From Hemiscyllium ocellatum (taxonomy: Eukaryota): 64,000 nt of DNA. Below, piece after piece: positions 51,160 through 61,687 of this stretch. How positions within the stretch are numbered: the stretch's first letter is position 1; each line of letters opens with the position of its first letter. The stretch spans positions 9,103,534-9,167,533 of the forward strand of contig NC_083409.1 of NCBI RefSeq assembly GCF_020745735.1, written 5' to 3'. The translations under genes were made by a program, and so were the position numbers. The notes under the pieces were generated by a model. It was not told the origin of the DNA. It was given only the letters and a program-made list of their open reading frames with translations, and ran no database searches.

Positions 51160-52070
51160 TCTAATTAGTAGGTTTACAGTTGATACAAAGATTGGGAGAG
51201 TTGTGGATAATGAGAAGGTTTGTCAGAGGATATAGCAGGATATAGACCACTTGGCTGCATGGACAGAAAAATGGCAGGTGCAGTTTAATCCAGACAAATG
51301 TGAGGTGATGCAATTTGAAAGGTGATGTACAGGTGGGAATTATACAGTGAATGGCAAAATCCTTTGCAGTATTGATATGCAGAGGGATCTGGGTGTGTAT
51401 GTTCACAGATCACTGAAGGTGGCAGCACTGGAAGGTAAGGCAGTAAAAAGGCTTATGACATGATATCCTTATTGGAAGAGACATTGAGTATCAGGATAGA
51501 CAAGTTATATGCAGCTTTATCAAACTTTAGCTCGGCCACACTTGGAATATTGCATGCAGTTCCGGTCAGCACACGACAGGAAGGATGTGGATGTTTTGAA
51601 GATGGTACAGAAAATGTTTACCAGGGTATTGTCTGGTATGGGGGAATTGTAGATCTGAAGAAAGGTTGGATAGACTGTCTTTGTTTTCATTGGAATACGG
51701 GAAAATGAGGTGTGTCCTGATAGAAGATTACAGAGTTGTGAAAGGCATAAGTAGCGTGAAAAATATGAGGCATTTTTCAGAGTGGATGCGTCACTTACTC
51801 AGCGACAGAGGTTCAAGGTGCGGGGGAATTTAAAAGAGATGTGTGAGGCAAGTATTTTACACAAAGGGAGTTGAGTACCTGGAACACACTGCCAGAGGAG
51901 GGGATGGAAGCAGACACAATAAAATTATTCAAGAAATACCTGCACTAATGCATGAATAGGAAGGGACTAGAGGGATATGAATCCTGTCGGTGAAGACAGT
52001 TTCTGTGAGGAAGGTCAAAATGTGTCAGCACAGGCTTGAAGGGCTGAAGGGCCTGTTCCTGTGCTGTATT
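51160..52070 (+). mobile_element. CR1/HER1 LINE 3' fragment
   Basis: WTEKWQVQFNPDKCEV and TLARPHLEYCMQF remnants plus a CR1 tail. Confidence 0.85.
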
Positions 52071-53904
52071 GTTCCTTGTTCTTTGATCCCTGCTGTTGAA
52101 TTGGATTCCCAGGAGTCAGCTCCGTATGAAGAACCTGTTCCCATTCTTTTGTTGGAGTTCATGGGGCAGCTGCTGCTCTCTTGCTACGTCACGGATCAAA
52201 CTAACAATAGGGAAGCCTCTTGATATTTTAAATGCACTGTCTGCAGGAAAACGTTTGGCCGAGGTTTTAATATTGTTTAATAAGATAATGATGTCAATGC
52301 ACCAGTGTTGTTTATGGCTGGGAACATTTACCACCATGGTCCAAGATTTAAATGCGCAATCTCTCTTTCGTGATAATACAGTTTTTAATGTTTCTCTCCC
52401 CTAACAGGTTATGAAAAGGTTTGCAAACATGTTTTGATGAGGACAGTGCATCTTGAACACCGGGTGACGGAATGGGTGTCTGTTTGAATTCTCACTTGTG
52501 ATAATACAGTTTTAAATGTGCCAGTGTTACTTTTCCCACTCTCGGGGAGATGTCCCTGTCACTATCCCTACCCCACCCTTCACTCTCGGGATGATACCAT
52601 TTTTAGCATTCTTTTTGTCTGAGAATATCATTGTTCTTGTCCCTCCCTCTCTCAGGGACGGGCTGGGTGTTTCACATGCACCTGGTTTGTGAGATCCATT
52701 TACTCTCTTGTGAACTGGGTAATCCCTGTTTTACTCTGGGAACAGTGAGTTAAAGCCCGGCACAGTTCAATCTTCATCTCCGTCATATCTCAGGGCCTAA
52801 GGTTGGTCTGTATTGTCTGGCAGCAGATCAATCCCAGCACTTCCCGCAGTTTTCCCTCTTTCCTATCTTAACTGAACACCTTGTATCCAGGAATCCTCAA
52901 TCTTGGATCTCTGTTAGAGCCACAACATTAAGTTTCCACTTGGCAATCTGCATCTGTAACTCCCCAATACTGTATTATTATGACATTTAAGTCTGTATCC
53001 CATCAATCAGGGTCCCTCATTGGCAAAGGCCGTACTTAATTAATCTCAGTGACTGTGGAGACCTGGTGAGGTTGGGAACAATCAGAAGGATCAGTCACAC
53101 CATTTGCATTATGCACAGGGCTTGGGATTCCGGGGGCCCATTGCGTTCGGATCTGGGGTTGAAAAGCAAGAGCAGGGCCTGCAATCTCTGGTCTCTGTCA
53201 TTGACTTGTGGGTCCTCTCTGATGGAGACCATTGGGAAAACCATAGTCAACATCGCCACCTCCTGGTCTGGAGAAGCAAGAACATGCAGTGCTTGTGGGA
53301 ATAACTTGAATGTGATCAGAGAACAAGTTCAAAAATCATACTACACCAGGTTATAGTCCAGCAGGTTTATTGGAAAATACAATCTTTCGGAGCCTTGCCC
53401 CTTCTTTCAGGTACTCAGAGGAGCAAGCAAAGTGAATTCAATCAACAGAGAAAACAAACTCTGTTGTTTATTTCCTTCGAGGTTGACTCTGTTCTCCGAA
53501 ATGACATGAACAAAAGACAAGGCAGGATTAAAGAATATAAGGACACCACACCAGTGACCTCCAAGGATGTGCAAAATATTGGTGAGAATATTTTCCTGCT
53601 TTTTCAATGTTTGGTATTAATTCAAAGCAGAAAGTGTCTTTCTCTCTCCTTCCATCCTTGAAACGTTTACTGAGATGATCACACCCAGCAACAATTCATT
53701 CGAAGGGTTGAGAGGATTGTCTAATGATTGATAGAGGAGAATGGGTCAGGATTCCCTGGAATTTAGTAGGTTGGAAGGAGATTTTACTGAAACATTTTGA
53801 ATTATCCAGGGCCCTGACAGAGTAGATTTTGGAAGGATGTGCCCTTACCTGGGTTTGGAGATGCCGGTGTTGGATTTGGGAGTACAAAGTTACAAATCAC
53901 ATCA

Positions 53905-54062
53905 CACCAAGTTATAGTCCAACAGGTTTAATTGGAAGCATTATCTTTCGGAGAGTCACTCCTTCATCAGGTGTTTGATGAAGGAGCGGCGCTCCAAAGC
54001 TACTGCTTCCAATTAAACCTGTTGGTCTATAGCCTGGAGTTGTGTTATTTGTAACTTTGTAC
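53905..54062. repeat. Palindromic repeat made of two hammerhead-bearing element ends in opposite orientation
   Basis: caagttatagtccaacaggtttaattggaagca...ctccttcatcaggtg | tttgatgaaggagcggcgctccaaagctactgcttccaattaaacctgttggtctatagcctgg: the arms are reverse complements. Confidence 0.8.
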
Positions 54063-54139
54063 ACCCTATCTGGGGATTCTAAAGCAGAGTCGCAGTCTGG
54101 GAATAAGGGGTTAGACATTTAGATCAGAGATGAGGAATA

Positions 54140-54420
54140 GACGGCACAGTGACTAACACCACTGTCTTACAGCACCAGGGATCGAGCTTCGATTCGACCC
54201 TGAGATGATTTTCTTTGTGGAGTTTGCATGTTCTCCCCATGTCTGTATGAGTTTCCCCCGGGTGCGCCAGTTTCCATTCTCAGTCCAAGGATGTGCAGGT
54301 TAGGTGGACTGGCCATGGGAAGTGTCGGGTTGCAGCAATAGGAGAGGGGTGCGTTTCTGGGTGGAATGCTGCTTGGACTTGATGGCCTTCTTCCACACAG
54401 TAGGAATTCTATGATTCTAC
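54140..54420 (+). mobile_element. HE1-related SINE
   Basis: ggcacagtgactaacacc...gtggagtttgcatgttctcccc...gatgtgcaggttaggtggactggccatgg. Confidence 0.7.
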
Positions 54421-54740
54421 ATTGCTGCGTGTCTGGAGTCATGTGTCAGTCGATATGGGCAAGGACAGCAATCTAAAGGACATTGGTGGGACCAATGAAG
54501 TTTGCCCCAACAATGGTCATCATTAGACTCATAATTTCAGAGTTTTTCTGAACTTAAATGCCTTGCCAGGATTAGAATGCATGCATCCTACAACATTACT
54601 TGGCTCTCTGGATTAGCAATCTCGTGATGATACCACGAGGCCACTGCTTGCCGACACGTGGGCAATCTCTATCTTGAAATTATTTAGTTAAAAAAAATCA
54701 CACAACACCAGGTTGTAGCCCAACAGTTTAATTGGAAGCA

Positions 54741-54775
54741 CATTAGCTTTCGGAGCGCCACTCCTTCGTCAGATG
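54741..54775 (-). ncRNA. Minimal type I hammerhead ribozyme motif in a Penelope-type repeat end
   Basis: - strand: CAU CUGACGA A GGAG-UGGCG-CUCC GAA AGCU A AUG. Intact core, 4-bp stem II, palindromic stem III (AGCU), 3-bp stem I (CAU/AUG). Confidence 0.65.
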
Positions 54776-55094
54776 GGTGTGGAGGGTACAATTGTCAGAC
54801 ACAGAATTTATAGCAAAAGTTTACAGTGTGATGTAACTGAAATTATACATTGAATAATACCTTAATTATTTGTTGAGGCTTTCATCTGTTAGAATACTAT
54901 GATAGTTTCACGTCTTTCAAGTGAAAATCACAAAATCTTTTTTTTTGAAAGTTGCATTCTCCGGTTAACTGCAACAAAGGGTGTTAGCTGGACAATATGT
55001 TGACGGTGTAAGCCCCTTATGTTCTCTGTTCTTGCTCTAATGCTTAGATTGATTGTAAACTAAAAGGTGAGATAACAGAATTTTACATGAATTC

Positions 55095-57610
55095 ATGCAG
55101 TTCTGGACTCCCCCACGCCCAAGAAAATACTTTGTCTATTTATCCTACTCATGCCCCTCATACTTTTGTAAACTTCTATAAGGTCTCCTCTCAGGCTCTG
55201 ATGCGCCAGAGAAAACACCCCCAGCCTGCTCAGCCTCTCCCGATAGCGCAAATCCTCTAACCCAAGCAACATCCTTGTAAATCTTTTCTGAACCCTTTCA
55301 AGTTTCACAACATCTTTCCGATAGGAGGGAGATTAGAATCGCATGCAATATTTCAACAGCAGCCTAAACAATGCCCTATACAGCTGCAACATGACCTCCC
55401 AAAACTCTGACCGATAAATGAAAACATACCAAACACCATTTCTTTCCTTCCTCCCTGCAACTCCACTTTCAACAAGCTATGAACCTTCACTCCAAGGTCT
55501 CTTTGTTCAGCAACATTCCCTAGGGCCTTACCATTAAGTGTATATGTCCTGCTAAGATTTGCTTTCCCAAAATGCAGCACCTCACATTTATCTGAATTAA
55601 ACTCCATCTGCCACTTCTCAGTCTATTGGCCCATCTGATCAAGATCCTGTTATAATCTGAGGTAACCTTCTTCATTGTCCACCAAACCTCCAATTTTGGT
55701 GTCGTCTGCAAACTTTCTAAATGTACCTCTTATGCTCATATCCAAATAAATATAAATTATATAAATTTATATAAATTATGAAAAGTAGTGGACTCAGCAC
55801 AGATCCTTGTGACACTCGACTAGTCACAGAATTCCAGTCTGAAAAGCATCCCTCCACCACCACCCTCTGTCTTCTACCTTTGAGCCAGTTCTGTATCCAA
55901 GTGGCTAGTTGTCCACGTGAAATCTGACTTTGCTAACCAGTCTCCCATGGGGAACATTATTGAATGCCTTACTGATGTCCATATAGATCTAATCTATCGC
56001 TCTGCCCTCATCAATCCTCTTTCTTACTTCTTCAGAAAACTCAATCAGGTTTGTGAGACATGATTTCCCACACATAAAGCCATGTTGACTATCGCTAATC
56101 AGTCCTTGCCTTTCGAAATACATATACCTCCTGTCCCTCAGGATTTCCTCCAACAACTTGCCCACCACCGACATTAGGCTCACAAGTGTATAGTTCCCTG
56201 CTTTCATAGCTTTCTTAAAAAAGTTGGCACCACATTAGCCAGCCTCCAGTCTTCCAGCACCTCACCTGTGACTATCAATGAAACAAATATCTCAGCAAGA
56301 GGCCCAGCAATTACTTCCTTAGTTTCCGACAAAGTTCTAGGGCACACCTGATCAGGCCCCGGGGATTTATTCACCTTTCTGCGTTCCAAGACATCCAGCA
56401 CTTCCTCCTCTGTAATATGGACATTTCACAAGATTTCACCATTTATTTCCCTAGATTCTATACCTTCCATATCCTTTTCCACAGTAAATACTAATGCAAA
56501 ATACTCATTTAGTTTCTCCCCCATCTCCTGCGGCTCCACACAAAGGCTGCCTTGCTGATCTCTGAGAGTCCCTATTCTCTCCCTAGTTACCCTTTTTGTC
56601 GTTAATGTATTTGCAAGAACTCTTTGGATTCTCCTTAATTCTATTTACCAAAGCTATCTCATGTCCCGTTTTTGCCCTCCTGATTTTCCTCATAAGTATA
56701 CTCCTACTGCCTTCATACTCTTCTCATGATTGACTCGATCTATCTTGTCCATACCTGACCTCTGCTTCCTTATTTTCGTTAATCAAACACTCAATATATT
56801 TAGTCATCCAGCATTCCCTATACCTAAAATTCATTCCTTGCACCTTAACAGGAATAATCTTTCTCTGGATTCTTGTTATCTCATTTCTGAAGGCTTCCCA
56901 TTTTCATCCGTTCCTTTACCTGCAAATATCTGTACCCAATCAGCTTTTGAAAGTTCTTGACTAATAACGTCAAAATTGGCCTTTCTGCAGTTTAGAACTT
57001 TAACTTTTAGATCTGATCTATCCTTTTCCATCACGATTTTAAAACTAATAGAATTATGGTTGCTGGCTGAAAGTGCTCCCCCACTGAAACCTCAGTCACC
57101 TTCCCTGCCTTATTTCCCAAGACTAAGTCAGGTTTTGCACCTTCTCTACTGGGTACATCCACATACTGAATCAGAAAATGTTCTTGTACATACTTAACAA
57201 ATTCCTCTCCATCTAAACCCTTAACATGATGGCAGACCCAGTCTATGTTTGGAAAGTTAAAATCCCCTAACATAACCATCCTATTATTATTACAGATGGC
57301 TGAGATCACCTTACAAATTTGATTCTCAATTACCCTGTGACTATCAGAGGGTCTACAATACAATCCCAATAAAATCATAATCCCCTTTTTATTTTTCAGT
57401 TCCACACAAATAACTTCCCTGGATATATTTCCAGGAATATCCTCCCTCAGTACAGCTGTAATGCTATCCCTTATAAAAAATGCCATTCCCTCTCGTCTCT
57501 TGCCTCCCTTTCTATCCTTCTTGCAGCATTTGTATACTGTTAAGGCCTCATCACGGAATCCTTGTAGAGCACCATTCATCATGTTTTTTTTTTCCCTGTC
57601 GTCAGTCACT
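55095..57610 (-). mobile_element. CR1/HER1 LINE ORF2 (endonuclease-RT), fragmented
   Basis: 192-aa open endonuclease stretch (57031-57609: GLYCRPSDS...MLGDFNFPNIDW...PDLVLGN), then KSPGPDQV, CLTNLIEF, MEFNSDKCEVLHFG and KLERVQKRFTRMLLG. Confidence 0.88.
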
Positions 57611-57810
57611 AAACCAGTCTCCTAACCGAGTCAAACATTCATCTTCAATCCCATGGGTTTTAACTTTGGTCAGCAGACTGTTTTGTGGAAAATTATTGTG
57701 TATTTCTGAAAGTTGCTAAGACTATACGTCCTATCAACTATTTTCGTTAGTTAGAAATTACCCATCACAAATCTATGTGGACTATTTCCAATTCTCTGCA
57801 TGAGAAGTGA

Positions 57811-58093
57811 CAGCACGGTGGCACAGCGGCTAATGCTGCTACTTCACAGCGCCAGAGACCCGGGTTCAATTCCTGCCTCAGGATAACATCCTATGTGGAG
57901 TTATCACACTCTCCCCTGTCTGTGTGGGTTTCATCCCACAGTCCAAAAATGTGCTGGTTAGATGAATTGGCCATGCCAAATTGCCCATACTGTTAGGTGT
58001 AGGGGAATGAGTCTGGGTGGGTTGGTCTTCGGAGGGTCGGTGTGGACGTGTTGGGCCAAAGGGCCTATTTCCACACCGTAAGTCGTCTAATCT
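57811..58093 (+). mobile_element. HE1-type SINE
   Basis: cagcacggtggcacagcgg...gacccgggttcaattcc...tgttgggccaaagggcctatttccacac...ctaatc. Confidence 0.85.
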
Positions 58094-60049
58094 TCATTCT
58101 CTCTGCTGTTAATTATAGATTCCAATGAGACACTCAAAAAAGGTGTTAAATTGACCAGTATATAATTCTGTGGTGACCAGATCAGTGTCTGTGTGGAATT
58201 ACACAGAGAACAGCCAGTGAGCCTGACACAGTCAGGGACATCCCTTGATGCTGAAGGTCACGTTGCTGCTGGCAAAGGTCGCATTTCATCTGAAACGGTG
58301 CTCCTTCCCTACACACTCCCCTCTTGTCCCCACATGCCTCACTACAGCCCCTGGAGATGCCAGCCAGCGCCTTGTGCCCTTGCTCAGTTTCCATTAGCCT
58401 TGAACCTCCTTCCAATCACCTACTTGGGCCGTCACTGAAGCTTGAGCCATTTCCTCTGACCCTTGATCGTGTGCCTGTCATCTTGGAACTGACTAACCTG
58501 GTCACCATTAACCTGCACTGCCCTCTCAGCAAGGTGCATAGGTTGATTCAGTACCGAGAAGCCCTATGGCATATTGAGTCTGTACCGGAATAATTACCAC
58601 AAAAGGCACTGTGATTCCAATTTCCTGCAATTGTCCCAAGTCTGTGAATGTTATGATATTTAAGTGTTGTAAGCTTTCCACCCTCCACTATCTTCCTGGA
58701 CAGAGGGTTCATGTTTATAGTTTATATCACGTCAGGCTCAAGGAGGTTAACAAACACTCAACTCTTTGTGCTTTTGCTGTGGGTGGGTTGATGGCTCTGT
58801 GGTTAGCACAGCTGCTTGACAGCACCAGGGACCTGGGTTTGATTCCAGTCTCACGGTAAGGACAGCAGTCCTCCTTCCCTCAAGGACAATAGTGAACCAG
58901 GTGACTTTTTTTCTGACAATCACAAATGGCTTCATGGTCATCTGATTTCCAGATTGTTATTGAATTAAAATTCCTCCACCTGCATGGTGGGATTCAAACA
59001 CAGGTCTCCAGAACTTTACTTGGTTCTCCAGATTTACAGTCTGGCAATGATACCACTAGGCCTTTTCCTACCCCAGTAGTATCCTTGTCTCTGAGCCTGA
59101 CACTGCTGTGGAATGCAGCTCTCTCCATAGAGTGGTTCACATGACAATGTGATAAAGGTAAAAGACAAACAAAGAGAAGAAAAGAAAAAGAAATAAAAAG
59201 CAGAGTGTCAGAAGAACTGATACTCTGGACCTGACTCTGAATAAAAACCTGCCAAACAACCCACTCTTCTCTCACCCTCAATCTCCCCATGCTTGCTCTT
59301 GTTTCACCTTCGATCCAGCCTGTGCTGCCTTTGGGAGAAGTTGACCTTCCCTCCATCACCCAGGATCGTTGTCATCATCCCAGAGGAGCATCGTCCGACT
59401 TGCCTATTCAAGACAGAGACGAATGGTGGTAGGTTTAACCTGAGGGTCACCACAGCTGAGGCAGGGGGAGAGAAGTTGACATCTTCATTAATCCACTTTA
59501 GCCCCTCCTGGAGTTACAAAATTTCAACCTCCCTCACTCAGACAGCTCCCCTCCCCGCAAGGTAATATTGCTGCCCCTCGTTTAGGGCGAATTGACCATT
59601 AAAATATGACTATGGGTCGCCACCATTGGCTGAGCAGGCAATCATTGTGACAATGACCCTGGCTCCAGAAAGTCCCCTTGTAATTGGGGAGCACATAAGG
59701 GAGCACAGTGCACACTGCTTCAGAAATGCCTCCCTTACTGAGAATACACTCTCAGCATTCACCTTTCTCAGCGACCATCTCAATTTACTATCAATTATGT
59801 GTCCTATGATCCTGCTCCAGTAGCTCCCTAATGAAGGAGGAGGGCTCTGAAAATTTATACTTCCAAATAAACCTGTTTGAATCTAACCTTGTGTTGTGTA
59901 ATTTTTAACTATGACCATCTCAATGAGGTGCCATCTCAGATTGGATCAGCTGAATTGTTGTTCGTTCATGATTTGAGAAGCTTAAATCCTAATCTTCAAT
60001 CCCCAGCACAAAGCCCATTCTCTCTGCATCGTTATTAGACAAATGCCTC

Positions 60050-60440
60050 ACAGAGACACCGACAGGCTGCACTAAGTAACATATAGACAGCACTGAGTCA
60101 CTGAGAAACATGCTGACACTCCATGCTGCCTGTAGGTGTCTCAGTGTGAGCGTGTCACTCAGTGCTGCCTGGAGGTGTCTCTCTGAATGTTGGTGTGTTA
60201 CTCAGTACTGCCTGCAGGTTTCTCTCTTCGTGTGAGCATTTTACTCAGTGCTGTCTGAAGATGTCTCTCCAAACATGGGAGTGTTACTTAGTGCTGCCTG
60301 CAAATGTCTCTCCAAATGTGAGTGTGTTTGTCAGTGCTGCCTGCAGGTGTCTCTCTGAATAACACACATACGCAAACTCAAACTCAAACCTAAGAGAGAC
60401 ACAAGCAGGCAGCATTAAGTAATACACTCACACTGAGACA
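60050..60440. repeat. About 43-bp minisatellite (about 6 units) flanked by inverted units
   Basis: Units ACTCAGTGCTGCCTGCAGGTGTCTCTCTGAATGTGAGTGTGTT start at about 60118, 60157, 60200, 60243, 60286 and 60330. Reverse-complement units lie at about 60050-60105 and 60393-60440. Confidence 0.85.
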
Positions 60441-61069
60441 GACACACAACCTGCAGTGTCTGTGAATGGCCGAATATCATTTTCAGGTGCTACCCAGCAT
60501 GCAGCAGAGAGTGCACAGTGCAATCCCACTAGCTGGGTTTGGACCACAGAGTGATGATTGAATGCCTCAGATTGTAATTATTGAGTCGCAACAGCTTTCA
60601 GTTTCTGTTCTATTTGGAATCATTTAACCTCCACAGATTCCGAATCAAAGGAATCATTTGTAAGTGATTGGTGAAAGACTGTCAGTATCATCGACAACTG
60701 ATTTGTCATTGATTGACAGGCCAATAGCTAATTGTGACAATGACTTGCTGAAATGCAGCCAATCAGCTGAGGACAGTTGTCCATTTGCAAAGTACACAGA
60801 CAGTATTGCCCTTTGTTGAGAAGGGCACTGCTTGTCACTGGCCACTCGGGTGTTTTGCCTGTTATTTGGGCTGGACCAGTGGCAGTGTGTAGCTGTGCAA
60901 GAAGAGGAAGACAGAGAAAAGAAGAGAGAAGAAGGAGGTGGAAGGAGGCGAGAGCTTGGAGTCCTGGGCCTAGTTTTGGAGCTGCAGCCTGGGCCTTGCC
61001 CAGGTCAAGTCAGTGTTGCAGCTGACCTGGGGCCCACACCCACTGCTGGTCTCTGAGACCCCACACGGG

Positions 61070-61680
61070 CCTGCCCCCACCACCGCTGCCTGGGACTTGC
61101 CTGAGGCCCCTTCCCACAACCTCCACCACTGGTACGACCTGAGGCCCACCTCCACCGCTGCTGCCTGGGACTTGCCTGGGAATCCCTCCCCAACAGGTCT
61201 GCCTCCACTGCTGGGACCGAGGGCCAGCCTGGGACTTGCCAGAGCCTGCCTCAACTGCTGCTGTCGCCTGAGGCCTGCCTCCACCACCACTGCCTGAGGC
61301 CACTCCCCAACCAAGGGCCTGCCTGGGACTCGACAGAGGCCTGCCTCAACTGCTGTCGCCTGAGGCCTGCCTCCACCACTGCAGCCTGAGACTCGCCTGA
61401 GGCCACTCCCCACAACCTCCACCACTGCTGCGACCCGAGGCCCACCTCCACCGCTGCTGCCCAGGACTCAATTTTGGGGCTGCCTGGGACTTGTCTTGGG
61501 GCCCCCCCAACAGGCCTGCCCCCAACACTGCAATTGAGGGCCTGCCGAGGACTTGCCTGAGGCCTGCCTACACCACCGCTGCCCAGGACTCGCCTCGGGT
61601 GACTGGCCTCGGGCACCTCCCCAAGGACTCCACCGCGACTACTGCCAGAGGCCCACCTCCACCGCTGCTGCCGGGGGCCG
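61070..61680 (+). repeat. Modular tandem repeats in the Tx1 5' UTR
   Basis: Recurrent shuffled modules GCCTGAGGCC, CCTCCACCRCTGCTG and CCTGGGACTTG/CCCAGGACTC. Confidence 0.85.
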
Positions 61681-61687
61681 ACGGAGT

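Noticed and set aside
52408-52488. Good acceptor (cccctaacag|) followed by GYEKVCKHVLMRTVHLEHRVTEWVSV*
   Set aside because: Isolated signal with no phase-compatible partner exon or recognisable homology.
61553-61687. ORF-track start of the 805-aa ORF at a TTG codon
   Set aside because: Lies in the 5' UTR repeat array; the ATG at 61688 begins the Tx1-like N-terminus (MASP...TYA).
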